Positions 25,589 to 35,875 are shown, counted from the stretch's first letter. The stretch is 64,000 nucleotides of DNA from Candidatus Poseidoniales archaeon (GCA_003602515.1 QQSB01000003.1:15388-79387); one strand, 5' to 3'. The notes: generated by a model not told the origin, from the sequence alone. A program made the numbers and translations.

Positions 25589-26461
25589 ATGGTAGTAGCC
25601 AACTCATCATCTTCTCCCGTCCGAGTCGATCTTGCCGGAGGTTGGACAGACGTGGGCCCATATCCTAGGGACTTCGGAGGTGAGGTCGTAAACTTCGCCA
25701 TAAATCTCAGAGTTTTTGCTAGGGCTGGCTCAGATTCAGATAATACAGAGACTAACTTTGAGTTTCCAGTACCCAGGGGCTCTGGTCTGGGGACCAGTTC
25801 TGCCATGAATGTCGCCTTGTCTGCACTGATCTCACCCGATCAAATTGAAGATCAGGAGAAACTCGCCGAGGAGGCCTTCGTTCTCGAGTCAGAATCTGGA
25901 AATTATTGTGGCAGGCAAGATCAGTGGGCCTCGGCATTAGGTGGTTTCAACCATCTACTGTTCATCGGTGACACTGTCGAGAGGATGCCATTTGAGCCAA
26001 TGAGGTCATCATTGAATTGGCTGAAGAAGCACCTCGTTATCTCATTCTCGGGTAAAAGCAGGAATTCCGGAGATATGCAAGAATCCGTTTGGTCCAGATA
26101 CTCAAATGATGACCAGGATGTTATCAACGGCCTCCACAAGATTAGGGGTGCTGCTAGGGTAATGGCAAATGGACTCCAACAAGACCGTAGAGACATGGTG
26201 GTCGCTTCATTGAATGAGATCTGCGAGGGTGTGGACTTGATGGACAGGGCAATCCATGACCCATTCAGAGATGTTGTAGATCCTCTCATCGATAGTGGTT
26301 CTGCTGTAGCTTGGAAGGCATTGGGGGCCGGAGGAGGAGGGTGTTCAGCAATTTTATGCTCTCCCATGGGGCGTGACGAGGTTATTCAGGCAATAGAAAG
26401 AGCGAGATGGGAGATAATTGATTGGGATTTCGATAACACAGGTGTAATGATACACGATTGA
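25589..26461 (+). CDS. GHMP-family kinase, substrate unknown (COG2605-like sugar/acid kinase)
   Basis: PVRVDLAGGWTD N-terminus, motif II PRGSGLGTSSAMNVA and motif III KALGAGGGGC. ATG at 25589 gives the family-typical N-terminus; alternatives are at 25559 and 25478. Confidence 0.7.
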   Translation: MVVANSSSSPVRVDLAGGWTDVGPYPRDFGGEVVNFAINLRVFARAGSDSDNTETNFEFPVPRGSGLGTSSAMNVALSALISPDQIEDQEKLAEEAFVLESESGNYCGRQDQWASALGGFNHLLFIGDTVERMPFEPMRSSLNWLKKHLVISFSGKSRNSGDMQESVWSRYSNDDQDVINGLHKIRGAARVMANGLQQDRRDMVVASLNEICEGVDLMDRAIHDPFRDVVDPLIDSGSAVAWKALGAGGGGCSAILCSPMGRDEVIQAIERARWEIIDWDFDNTGVMIHD

Positions 26462-26506
26462 ATTTCTAGTAAGAAATCTCAAACATGACCATTTGCCCGA
26501 CCATCC

Positions 26507-29500
26507 ATGGCCGACCGGCGCTATATGTTCGCCTCACTGGCCTTATTGGTCTTAATCGCACCATTGGCATCCTCTTCCATCTCTGTTGAGCCATCGCGGC
26601 AAGGAGGATTCGATGCAAATGGAGACTGGATTCCAAGCGTAGAGTCAGACATCCACTGGAATTGGTGGACCCATTGGAGTCGAGACAAGGATTCCAACTC
26701 CATTGACGACAGATTGGAATGGTTGATTGAGCAACCAGAACAAACTCAGAGAGATTGGTGGAAGAGAGCCCCCGAGGGAAGCGCTCGTATTTTCGTCGAC
26801 TACGACCACCACCCCACAGATGCTGATATCTCAGCATTGGAGTCACTAGGGGTTGAAGTAACCTTCAGATTCGGATACTTGAACACGGTTTCTGGCACAT
26901 CGCCATTTGCACCCATCATCAACGAAGGAGGCATCAGGTCCCTCAATGGCGTGGTGATGATCGAGGACCTTGGACTTGCCGAGACAAACATGCACGAGGC
27001 AGCTCCCAATATGGGGGTCGACACAGTTTGGGAAGACTTCGGACTCGATGGTACTGGTTCTGTTATCGCTATCCTGGACACCGGAGTTCGTGGGGATCAC
27101 GAAGGCCTCAACGATATGGACGACGATCCGTTCACCTGTATCGATGACCCTCCCGAGCCAGATCCGCTGGACCCTGAACCGCAGCCCATTCCAGCGGACT
27201 GCGACCCCAAAATAATCGCATTCTTCGATGCGGTATTCACCGATGATGAGCAAGACCCATCCACCTCGTATGACTCCGGAACACATGGAACCCACGTTGC
27301 AGGTATAGCTGCCGGCTCAGGAGGGGGACAGACCGATCCTGTAACAGGCCTGAGATATGTTGGAGCCGCTCCCGGAGCGTATCTGATTAACCTTCTAGCC
27401 TGCTGTGATGGTGATATTGAGGATGTTATGCAAGGCGCCCAATGGGCAATCGACAATAAGGAAAAGTACGGGATAGACATTGTCACGTCTTCCTTGGGGG
27501 AACAGCAGTTCGAGCTCCATGTGGATAATGATGGGAGCTCAGCATGGAGCCGTCAAATGGATATGGTCGTGGAAGCTGGAATCATCACGACTCTTTCGGC
27601 AGGGAACGAATTCGGCGGAGCAACCCTTGCTGGTTGTAATACGATAGATAGTCCCGGCGATGCGCAACTGCCAGTCACAGTGGCTAGTCTGGACAAGGAT
27701 CTGGGACTTGCAATATACAGCAGTAGGGGATACACCTCAGATCTCAGAGTAAAACCGGACGTTGCAACAATCGGCTCCGATATCATGGCTCCCGACGCAG
27801 CAACCCAGGACGGGTACACCAGCAAGTCGGGAACGAGTATGGCAACCCCGCTGATGGCTGGAATCGCCGCACTGATGGTTCAAGCTAACCCAGATCTGAC
27901 TCCTACAGAGTTCAAGGAGATCATTTCGGCGCATTCGATAGAACGAGATATCCAATTACTGAACGATCCCGGTTTCAACGACTGCAGCCTCCTAGAAACT
28001 CGTCCCGACAACGAGTTCGGTTTCGGACAGGCCGACCCTACAGCATTCGTAGAGGCCGCAGGGAGCATTGATAGATCACTCAACATCTCAATGGAAGTCG
28101 CCACTCTGGAAGAGATTGGTAATGAGAGCTACGTCAAAGGAACTTCGAGTGGAGCAGCCACAGGTACCGGTCTGGTGGAAGTCAAGGTAGGTGGTGGAGA
28201 ATGGTCTGGAGCAGCCGACCTTTCCAAGGATGGAGACTGGTCATCATGGAGCATAAAACTAGACCCACATGAAAAGTCCGGTAACTCCACAATCTATGCC
28301 AGGCTGGTAGTTTCTGAGGACAGCATCTCTCCAGTAGATGCTAGGAGGGTGGTATTACTCGATGCCCAATCATCGGGCCCGTCCTCGTCACCAGGTGGAT
28401 TGACCGACCTAGGCCCGATCGTCTTCCTCGTACCCTTCCTAGTTGCAATAGTTCTGGTATTCTACACAGGTAGGAGAGAGGAATGGTCACTCAGCCCAGA
28501 TCCATCATCAAGTAATAAATCCGAAGCAGAAACCGAGCAATCTGGGTCAGAAGAAATTTTGTCGTTGTCCGAGCGACTTTCCAATAACTTCGCCGAGTTG
28601 GGCAAGGGTGGAGCCATAACCGAGAACTCGGTGAAGAGGGTACTCACTCTTTGCCTACTTTACTTCGCCCAAGGGCTCCCCTCCGGTTTCGCGAGTGTCA
28701 CCTTCGCAGCTTACCTCGTAGCCAATGGAGTTTCAGTGCCTGAGATTGCAATTCTGTTCGCCACGGTCTCGCTTCCATGGACATTCAAGTGGATTTGGGG
28801 GCCTCTAGTGGATTCAGTGTACATTGAGAAATACGGTCCTAGAAGGCAATGGATACTTTTCGCCCAAACTGGAATGGCTATCACCCTAGGGTCCCTACTT
28901 CTGGTTAGGGACTTGAATGGACAGATTGATCTGGTCGCCAGGATACTTTTCATCCACAACATCTTCTCATCCCTGCAGGACGTAGCAACGGATGCCCTAG
29001 CAGTAGAGGTGCTAGAGCCTGATGAGGTAGCTAGAGTCAACGGACTAATGTTCGCGGCAAAGAGAGTAGGAATTATCTTCGGAGGAGCAGTTCTTGGAGT
29101 TTTAATCACCAAGATAGGAATCTCTGGAGTAATAGCGGCCCAATTAGTAATGCTTGCATTCATCATTGTGGTGCCTCTTCTAATGGTTGAGAAGCCAGGC
29201 GTCCAACTATTCCCATGGTCAAGAAGTGCTGAACTGGAAGCAGACTCTTCTGAAGAGTTGACTGACTCTGGGGCATTAGTAGCAGAGATGGTGGAGGATT
29301 CAGAAATTACACCTTGGACTGAGGAGGAAGAATTCAGAGTAGCCAGAACTGTCGGATACAGTATTGCTAACAATAAGGCAACATTGACTTCCTTCTTTGC
29401 AATCTTGGGAGCCTGCATATGGCTATTCGGATTCGTGATAGACATTTTCACTGTGGACTGGAGCTTTGGAAAGTATGTCCGTGAAGGATTCCCTGCACTC

Positions 29501-30385
29501 GAAGGCAAAGAAGTGCTTTTCTTCGATCTAAAACCTTGGTCGGGAACGAATAGGATAAGCCTAGCACTAATCCTCCTATCGGTTTCTTCGATTGGATATG
29601 CCAGGATGAATGGCTCGAAACTAAAGGAATCATTACCAAACCCATTCCTGCTGATCCCAGAATCAACCAGGAATACAGTCGCAAGAACCTCCTTCTACCT
29701 GACTAAGGCTTTCTCTGTCAGATCCGCATTCTTACTGATAATTGCAGGACTCCTCGGAGAGTTATATTATTTCACAAGCCCAATTTATGTTGACATTTTC
29801 ATCAATGAGGCAGGATGGTCGCAAGAGAAGTATAACGGGATAGTCGGCGGGATCGCTTTGCTCGGATCCGTTTCTGGGCAGATAATCGGGGGTATCCTCG
29901 GAGACAAGTTTGGGATTCGCAGAGTCGCTATGGTCTCCTTCTTGGTACTGGCTCTGGCAAACGCTACTTTCGCCTTCCTGGAGCCGCAGTGGGGAAATAC
30001 ATGGGTAATGACGGTTTATCTGATAGGCCAGTACTTCATTGCTGGAATAGCCTTGATTTGCATCATCTCGTTGTGCATGAGGCTAACATGGAGTAAGGTG
30101 GGTGGAACCCAATTCACCGCATATATGTCTATTCTCAATACCTCAGTCGTTTTCGCTTACACCCTGACTGAGAGGATGATATCAGTATTCAACTATTCAA
30201 CAGCCATCTACATCGGTGCCGCCCTGACTCTTGTCACCTCCTTCTTCCTAGCCTTCATCGATGAGAATGAGACTGATCGGGTCCTAGAGGGAAGGTGGGA
30301 TGACGATGATGAATTTGATGATCTGGGAGAATCCCCTTTTTGGGAAAACGACGAAGGGGGCGGGAATCCTGTCGCAATTACATGA
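26507..30385 (+). CDS. Fusion protein: secreted subtilase (S8) - TM anchor - AmpG/PAT-family MFS permease
   Basis: Signal peptide. Asp/His/Ser motifs AILDTGV, HGTHVAG and SGTSMATPLMAG. TM helix GPIVFLVPFLVAIVLVFY. MFS half-motifs LYFAQGLPSGF, FKWIWGPLVDS...GPRRQW, SSLQDVATDA and GTQFTAYMSILN. The ORF is uninterrupted. Confidence 0.85.
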   Translation: MADRRYMFASLALLVLIAPLASSSISVEPSRQGGFDANGDWIPSVESDIHWNWWTHWSRDKDSNSIDDRLEWLIEQPEQTQRDWWKRAPEGSARIFVDYDHHPTDADISALESLGVEVTFRFGYLNTVSGTSPFAPIINEGGIRSLNGVVMIEDLGLAETNMHEAAPNMGVDTVWEDFGLDGTGSVIAILDTGVRGDHEGLNDMDDDPFTCIDDPPEPDPLDPEPQPIPADCDPKIIAFFDAVFTDDEQDPSTSYDSGTHGTHVAGIAAGSGGGQTDPVTGLRYVGAAPGAYLINLLACCDGDIEDVMQGAQWAIDNKEKYGIDIVTSSLGEQQFELHVDNDGSSAWSRQMDMVVEAGIITTLSAGNEFGGATLAGCNTIDSPGDAQLPVTVASLDKDLGLAIYSSRGYTSDLRVKPDVATIGSDIMAPDAATQDGYTSKSGTSMATPLMAGIAALMVQANPDLTPTEFKEIISAHSIERDIQLLNDPGFNDCSLLETRPDNEFGFGQADPTAFVEAAGSIDRSLNISMEVATLEEIGNESYVKGTSSGAATGTGLVEVKVGGGEWSGAADLSKDGDWSSWSIKLDPHEKSGNSTIYARLVVSEDSISPVDARRVVLLDAQSSGPSSSPGGLTDLGPIVFLVPFLVAIVLVFYTGRREEWSLSPDPSSSNKSEAETEQSGSEEILSLSERLSNNFAELGKGGAITENSVKRVLTLCLLYFAQGLPSGFASVTFAAYLVANGVSVPEIAILFATVSLPWTFKWIWGPLVDSVYIEKYGPRRQWILFAQTGMAITLGSLLLVRDLNGQIDLVARILFIHNIFSSLQDVATDALAVEVLEPDEVARVNGLMFAAKRVGIIFGGAVLGVLITKIGISGVIAAQLVMLAFIIVVPLLMVEKPGVQLFPWSRSAELEADSSEELTDSGALVAEMVEDSEITPWTEEEEFRVARTVGYSIANNKATLTSFFAILGACIWLFGFVIDIFTVDWSFGKYVREGFPALEGKEVLFFDLKPWSGTNRISLALILLSVSSIGYARMNGSKLKESLPNPFLLIPESTRNTVARTSFYLTKAFSVRSAFLLIIAGLLGELYYFTSPIYVDIFINEAGWSQEKYNGIVGGIALLGSVSGQIIGGILGDKFGIRRVAMVSFLVLALANATFAFLEPQWGNTWVMTVYLIGQYFIAGIALICIISLCMRLTWSKVGGTQFTAYMSILNTSVVFAYTLTERMISVFNYSTAIYIGAALTLVTSFFLAFIDENETDRVLEGRWDDDDEFDDLGESPFWENDEGGGNPVAIT

Positions 30386-30392
30386 CATAATT

Positions 30393-30635
30393 ATGGGCGC
30401 CGAGAATGACTTTCTTGTCTTCACACAGACGATCTGCCCATACTGCACCCGGGCATTCAGGACCCTCGATTCGAAGGGACTAACCTATTCCGAAATCAAC
30501 CTCGATAACTTCGATGGCCTTCGAAAGGAGGTTGTAAAGGAAACTGGCCACAGGACAGTACCCGTGGTATTCGACATGCGAGGGGATGCCCCCGTCTTCG
30601 TAGGTGGCTCAGACCACCTAATGGAATATCTCTAG
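30393..30635 (+). CDS. Glutaredoxin/NrdH-like small redoxin
   Basis: 81 aa. CPYC active site in VFTQTICPYCTRA, plus TVPVVF and GG motifs. ATG lies 8 nt after the upstream stop. Confidence 0.8.
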   Translation: MGAENDFLVFTQTICPYCTRAFRTLDSKGLTYSEINLDNFDGLRKEVVKETGHRTVPVVFDMRGDAPVFVGGSDHLMEYL

Positions 30636-31597
30636 AGGGACCAAGACTGGGTTATTCCACCGGCCACTCTAACTCTCAAGAAGGTCGTTCCACCTGTGAA
30701 GGTGGCTGTTAGGGTGTATTCTCCAGATGGATAGGGAATTGTCCCGAGAGTCCCCATCTCGCTCGCTCCCGGACCCCATATCCTCTCTAGAGCCGATACC
30801 GACATGTGATCCCTGAGGGTAAGTGAGATGGATGAACCAGAGCCACAATCTGCATCGATGAAGTAGATCATCTCGTCCCACTCGCCATCACTCGGGTGGT
30901 CGCTAACGAGAAACGTGTCGCGAATCTCGATGTCGTTCCCAGGATCCTCCCATGTGTCGCTGAACAGGTCTCCTCCTCTGACGAAGTAGACATCCCCCGA
31001 GTGCCCAGTACCGCTATCGGAGAGCATCATCCTGAGTTTTGTCCCTCCCAACTCGTCCTTCCATGTGAAGGAGTAGAAGAAACCGACTTCGCTATCGAAC
31101 ACGTAATCCAGTCTAGAACCATCCGACGAGCTAGCAATGATCACTGCGGTACTCCCCGAGATGTCGGAGACAAAGGCATCCCATTCCATTGAGAACAGAG
31201 TGAAAGACCAGGAGTTCCCCTCCTCGAGGGGGAAACTCAGAACCGATTGCGCGACCCCATTCTCGAAGGCACCCAAATCGGAGTGAGTCATCCTCCCCAG
31301 GAATGGGTTGTGGTTGAGAACAGCATGCCGCCTCGCCTCGGTAAGGCTGGAGATCGCTAACATGTACGCAGTACCATCCTCCTCGCTTGTGCTCGCCACC
31401 ACCAATCTCGCCGTGTCATCGCTGTAATCCGGAGTTGAGAAAGTGTATAGCCACCAATCTCCAGTCTCCCAGATAGGCACCTCAAAATCACTCGTCGCAG
31501 AGTCATCCCCGCTCGACTGCCCCCCCGAGCATCCTGCAAGTGATGATGATAGCAGAACCACTAGGATTGCACATGCGCGGCCCTTGCCCATACCCAC
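30632..31597 (-). CDS. Secreted lipoprotein, unknown function
   Basis: Lipobox LSSSLAGCSGG and a beta-rich body. I recognised no family motif. Confidence 0.6.
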   Translation of the reverse strand: MGMGKGRACAILVVLLSSSLAGCSGGQSSGDDSATSDFEVPIWETGDWWLYTFSTPDYSDDTARLVVASTSEEDGTAYMLAISSLTEARRHAVLNHNPFLGRMTHSDLGAFENGVAQSVLSFPLEEGNSWSFTLFSMEWDAFVSDISGSTAVIIASSSDGSRLDYVFDSEVGFFYSFTWKDELGGTKLRMMLSDSGTGHSGDVYFVRGGDLFSDTWEDPGNDIEIRDTFLVSDHPSDGEWDEMIYFIDADCGSGSSISLTLRDHMSVSALERIWGPGASEMGTLGTIPYPSGEYTLTATFTGGTTFLRVRVAGGITQSWSL

Positions 31598-31642
31598 CCC
31601 TAGGGTGATCCTGTCAAGAGCCTGACGCTCTATCGTTTGACT

Positions 31643-33721
31643 TCAGAGAGCGCCTAGCTCGCCAGTCTTTGACAGCATCCCTGCAATCACAACGCTGACT
31701 ATGCTCATCAGCTTGATCAGGATGTTCAGAGAAGGCCCACTCGTATCCTTGAATGGATCACCAATCGTGTCACCGACTACAGCGGCGCTGTGAGCATCGT
31801 CACCCTTTGCAGCGCCCTCTATGTGCCCTTGCTCGATTGCCTTCTTGGCGTTGTCCCACGCCCCTCCTGCGTTTGCCATGAATAGGGCCATCAGGACTCC
31901 GCTAGCGGTTGCACCTGCCAGAGTTCCACCCAGTGCTGCGCTACCTAGTAGCAAACCAATGACTACCGGACTTGATACGGCCACGACACCCGGCATCACC
32001 ATCTCCCTAAGGGCTGCCTTGGTGGATATGTCCACGCAGGTGGCACTGTCCGGCTCCACTCCCTCGCGACCCTCTAGGAGGCCATCAATCTCCTTGAACT
32101 GCCTCCTTATCTCAGTGATCATATCCTCGGCTGCACGTCCAACCGACTTCATCGTCATAGCTGCAACTACGAATGGTAGTGCAGCGCCGATTAGGAGTCC
32201 GATTACAACCATTGGCTCGGTCAGACTCAGATCTGCTGCCTGAAGATCAGCACTGGTCTTGAAGGCGGCGAAAAGAGCCAGGGCGGTCAAAGCAGCACTT
32301 CCAATTGCGAATCCCTTGCCGATTGCTGCAGTCGTGTTCCCAATCGAGTCAAGCCCATCTGTTATCTCCCTGACATCATCACCCAGGCCGGACATTTCTG
32401 CAATTCCACCAGCATTGTCTGCTACAGGCCCATAGGCATCCACTGTCATGGTTACTCCAACTGTGCCCAGCATCCCCATTGCTGCCATTGCAATCCCATA
32501 CAGGCCTAGATCCCCGCCACCCATCACATGGTTGGCTCCGAAGATCCCCGCAGCCATCAGTAGGACTGGGATGAACACCGACTGCATACCCACTGCTAAT
32601 CCTGCGATTGCGTTGGTTGCGCTACCGGTCTTGCTAGCTTCCCCGATGTAGGGAATAGCCTTTACCTTGAAGAAGAAAACGTCCTCTATTCCTGTGTAGT
32701 ACTCGGTAACCAGCCCAATTAGAATCCCAACCAGAGAACCTATTGCGACAGCTTGTATTACCGTAGTTGGCAACTCAAGATAGTCTAGGGCTAAGTAGCC
32801 ACCACCGATGAAAAGTGCAGCAGCTATGAACGTGGTATTCCTCAGTGCAGCCCCGGGATCCATGTTTTGCATTGCAGTAATGGAGAATACACCAATAATC
32901 GAAGCGATGTAACCAACTACTGCCAGTACGATTGGAATCATCAGGTAGTCCTCTGAAACAGCATTGTCCATTGCCACTGCAATCACCATTGCTGCGATTA
33001 TGCTGCCCACGAAAGACTCGAAGATATCCGCACCCATCCCTGCAACGTCCCCGACGTTGTCTCCGACGTTGTCGGCAATCACACCGGGGTTTCTTGGGTC
33101 GTCCTCAGGAATTCCTGCCTCAACCTTGCCAACCAAGTCCGCACCAACGTCTGCTGCCTTGGTGTAAATACCGCCACCTACGCGTGCGAAAAGGGCTATT
33201 GAAGAGGCACCCATGCCGAATCCAGCAATGTTTTCCACGGTCAGGAACTCGGTTTGAGTCAGGTAGTACATCAGAGAAATCCCAGCTAGCCCCAGTCCCC
33301 CTACGGCTAGCCCCATCACTGCACCGCCATTGTATGACGTGGTTAACGCGGCTGCTTGTCCGCCATCGGCAGCAGCCTGAGCAGTACGACCGTTCGCACT
33401 GGTTGCTGATCGCATTCCAGAGAATCCTGCAGCGACGCTGCACAGCGCTCCTATGATGAATGCTATCATGGTCTCCATTCCGAGGCCATTTTCCTCTCCT
33501 CCTAGGAGTAGGAGGATTGCCACTAATACAATGAATCCGGAGAGTAACCTGTATTCTGCGTAAAGGAATGCCATCGCGCCGTCTTGGATTTGCCCGGTTA
33601 TCTTTGCGACAGTCTCGTTTTCGATCTTAATTGAATTCACCTTATTGTACAGTAAGAAAGCAATACCAAGCCCCAAAAGACCCGCTGCAATTCCTATCAT
33701 GCCTAGTTGTTCTCCATCCAT
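31643..33721 (-). CDS. hppA: Membrane-bound H+/Na+-translocating pyrophosphatase
   Basis: [37 protein letters not shown] and [16 protein letters not shown] motifs. About 16 TM segments. Confidence 0.95.
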   Translation of the reverse strand: MDGEQLGMIGIAAGLLGLGIAFLLYNKVNSIKIENETVAKITGQIQDGAMAFLYAEYRLLSGFIVLVAILLLLGGEENGLGMETMIAFIIGALCSVAAGFSGMRSATSANGRTAQAAADGGQAAALTTSYNGGAVMGLAVGGLGLAGISLMYYLTQTEFLTVENIAGFGMGASSIALFARVGGGIYTKAADVGADLVGKVEAGIPEDDPRNPGVIADNVGDNVGDVAGMGADIFESFVGSIIAAMVIAVAMDNAVSEDYLMIPIVLAVVGYIASIIGVFSITAMQNMDPGAALRNTTFIAAALFIGGGYLALDYLELPTTVIQAVAIGSLVGILIGLVTEYYTGIEDVFFFKVKAIPYIGEASKTGSATNAIAGLAVGMQSVFIPVLLMAAGIFGANHVMGGGDLGLYGIAMAAMGMLGTVGVTMTVDAYGPVADNAGGIAEMSGLGDDVREITDGLDSIGNTTAAIGKGFAIGSAALTALALFAAFKTSADLQAADLSLTEPMVVIGLLIGAALPFVVAAMTMKSVGRAAEDMITEIRRQFKEIDGLLEGREGVEPDSATCVDISTKAALREMVMPGVVAVSSPVVIGLLLGSAALGGTLAGATASGVLMALFMANAGGAWDNAKKAIEQGHIEGAAKGDDAHSAAVVGDTIGDPFKDTSGPSLNILIKLMSIVSVVIAGMLSKTGELGAL

Positions 33722-33798
33722 AGTTACACCATCAGTTCGGCTCGCCGAATCGAGTGCTCTATTTAATCCAAATCCAATTGCAAAACTACCTTTGCGGT

Positions 33799-34704
33799 TT
33801 AGCCAATATTTGCATGGATTACCGAGGCAAACGAATTCAGAACACCCGCACCATCGTGTTCGCGTTGGAAGGAGGCCATTTCTTCCTCAGAAATATGCCC
33901 CCAATCGAATGCCCTTTCCACCCTAGCCTTGGCTGCCTCGGGATGGAACTGGACTCCCCAGGCGGGAAGCTCCCGACCATCCTCGTCCAATACCCGAACC
34001 GCAGTAACCATGTTATGCTCAGCCGAACCAAGAAGCAAGCAACTCTCTGGAATGGTCATCACATGATCCTGATGGGAGTATAGCGCTACGGGCGCCCCAT
34101 CCTCTCCACTTCCTCTGGTAGCGAACAACTCGTCAGAGGAGCCATACGAATTTAGTGTAAGTTCCCAGACCCCACTGGACATTGATTCTGCCCTTTCCAC
34201 TTTGGCTCCAAGCGAATGGCAGAGAAGCTGGTGACCAAAGCAGATTCCGAGTGTGGGGACTCCCATTCTCGATGAGCACCTCATTAGCGACTCGCCGCCA
34301 GCCATCCACTCCTCCCACATTGTCACGTTCCTCCTGGAGCCGCTGCATACTACGGCATCCGGTCCAATGGACCGAATCCACTCCTCGGTCAACTCATCAT
34401 CCCCGTGCAAGGGCATTGCTATCCTCTTGAAGACCACCTCATTCCCATGCATCTCCATGCTGCATTCTTCCCAGAATGGGTATTCGTAATCCCAATTTGG
34501 TACGTCATTCTCGGAAATCCCGACCAATCCCTCCTTCTGGGCCCGTAAACCCGCTTCTACAGACTGCATTTGCGGAGTCACTAGCAGAACCTCTGCCGTA
34601 CTCCTCTCCGCAATTGGCTGAATCACCTCTTGATTGCCACCATGACCAAACTCGGATCTTTCGACCAAGAGGTCGATTAGTATGACTCGGATAGGCCTGC
34701 TCAC
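33799..34704 (-). CDS. Class I glutamine amidotransferase (GuaA-like GATase domain protein)
   Basis: GICFGHQLL (Cys nucleophile) and WGVQFHPE (His-Glu). GTG at 34704 gives the typical [10 protein letters not shown] start and avoids a divergent overlap with the NifU-like gene. The maximal ORF reaches 34782. Confidence 0.7.
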   Translation of the reverse strand: MSRPIRVILIDLLVERSEFGHGGNQEVIQPIAERSTAEVLLVTPQMQSVEAGLRAQKEGLVGISENDVPNWDYEYPFWEECSMEMHGNEVVFKRIAMPLHGDDELTEEWIRSIGPDAVVCSGSRRNVTMWEEWMAGGESLMRCSSRMGVPTLGICFGHQLLCHSLGAKVERAESMSSGVWELTLNSYGSSDELFATRGSGEDGAPVALYSHQDHVMTIPESCLLLGSAEHNMVTAVRVLDEDGRELPAWGVQFHPEAAKARVERAFDWGHISEEEMASFQREHDGAGVLNSFASVIHANIG

Positions 34705-34753
34705 ATTACTCCGAAGAGGCAATTCTTTGAAAGACCCCCACCCCTCAAGGGGT

Positions 34754-35038
34754 ATGAACAACATGGTCGACAAACAACTCATCCTAGACTCAGTCGGACC
34801 TGTACAGGCCGTTCTAGACGCTCATGATGGTGTGGTTAACGTGGTGGATACCACGGACGGGGTGATAATGATCTCATTGGAAGGTGGTTGTACCGGTTGT
34901 AGCGCCACTCCCATGACCGCCATGCAGATTTACTACTCTCTGATGAAGCTGGATCAAGTTGAGGACGTAGTTTTCGTTAACGGGGAACTCCCTGCATATA
35001 TGCGGACTTTCATAGACGACAAGCTAAACTCAGAGTAG
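34754..35038 (+). CDS. NifU C-terminal (Nfu-like) domain protein
   Basis: VQAVLDAHDGVVNVVDTTDGVIMISLEGGCTGCS with a CxxC motif. Confidence 0.7.
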   Translation: MNNMVDKQLILDSVGPVQAVLDAHDGVVNVVDTTDGVIMISLEGGCTGCSATPMTAMQIYYSLMKLDQVEDVVFVNGELPAYMRTFIDDKLNSE

Positions 35039-35039
35039 A

Positions 35040-35435
35040 CTATCGATCGTTGTTTTTCTTCATTATTTTATGAGGGTTAGCCTCTCCTTGGACATCCTTG
35101 CCTTTAATGTTCATTACCGATGCTAATGCCATCATTACCGCAATCACCGCAAACGGCCTAGCTATTTTCGATGACCCCCAGATCTCTCCTCCCGAGTAGT
35201 GTAGGGAGAAAAGTAGTACTGCCGAGGTAAGACAGATTGCCGCAATCACCCTCTGTGCCAAAACTTCACTCTCAGTAGTCCTAGAAAGGGATCCAATCGC
35301 CATCCATAGGAAGGTCGCCAAACTGCAGAGCGCCAACGAGGCTCCCTCGATGAACTCTAGGTATTCCATAACAACCCCTGTGGGGGCCAGTTTGAGTATC
35401 TTCTGCAAAATCAATAACGCAATATATCCCCCCAC
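35040..35435 (-). CDS. Small membrane protein (about 4 TM)
   Basis: 131-aa hydrophobic ORF with a basic C-terminal tail. No recognised motif. Confidence 0.55.
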   Translation of the reverse strand: MGGYIALLILQKILKLAPTGVVMEYLEFIEGASLALCSLATFLWMAIGSLSRTTESEVLAQRVIAAICLTSAVLLFSLHYSGGEIWGSSKIARPFAVIAVMMALASVMNIKGKDVQGEANPHKIMKKNNDR

Positions 35436-35447
35436 GGATGAGTTGAT

Positions 35448-35843
35448 GTGGGAACTTCTCCTAGATCCAGATGGTCCAATCGGGACGAGTCTTCATACAA
35501 AGAGAGTAATTCTAGGTCCAAAGCCAAAATCAAGTCCCGATCCAATGACTGGTCTGCGCCAAAGGCTGACTCCTCGGCTCCAATGCTTTTGGTCGGTCAG
35601 TTGACCAGCATGGTCACATTGTCCATGCTCTACGCTGGCACCGTTTCTCCAGATTCGCAGAGTCTGGACGGACCATCCGTGTGGGATTTGGGAGAGTCCG
35701 CCCTCCTTGTCACTATCATTTTCGGATTGTTATCCTTCCTCTTTCTGTTGCGAGTCTCCATCTCCGGAAAGGCCCCGAAGAGTAGACGGAGAATTGCGAG
35801 AATTTGGCTATTGGCATCTATCCTTGCTACGCAACTGACTTGA
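35448..35843 (+). CDS. Hypothetical protein (possible 2-TM protein; start uncertain, alternative ATG at 35583)
   Basis: It is the only long ORF covering a 440-nt gap. The N-terminal third is low-complexity S/K/R. The C-terminal part has hydrophobic helices (ALLVTIIFGLLSFLFLL). Confidence 0.35.
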   Translation: MGTSPRSRWSNRDESSYKESNSRSKAKIKSRSNDWSAPKADSSAPMLLVGQLTSMVTLSMLYAGTVSPDSQSLDGPSVWDLGESALLVTIIFGLLSFLFLLRVSISGKAPKSRRRIARIWLLASILATQLT

Positions 35844-35875
35844 GTGACTTTCCCCTGCGGCTACTGGAGAGTACC

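Noticed and set aside
25530-25661. FMN riboswitch upstream of the ribB operon
   Set aside because: Only ~60 nt of non-coding spacer is available, and I could not see the conserved FMN-element core sequences. The region beyond it is the N-terminus of the divergent GHMP kinase gene.
28711-29508. 265-aa ORF antisense to the MFS half of the fusion gene
   Set aside because: This is a shadow ORF. The sense strand carries strong AmpG-family motifs. The antisense product is Ser/Thr/Pro/Ala-rich low complexity with no motif.
30300-30392. Overlap of the glutaredoxin-frame ORF with the end of the fusion gene, raising the question of a frameshift or a third fused domain
   Set aside because: The fusion ORF ends with a clean TGA at 30383-30385. 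A good ATG at 30393 gives a normal 81-aa CPYC redoxin. The upstream part of the track ORF is just an open frame.
34705-34782. 26-codon N-terminal extension of the amidotransferase ORF
   Set aside because: It would create a head-to-head coding overlap with the NifU-like gene. The GTG at 34704 yields the family-typical N-terminus. I hold this with only moderate confidence.
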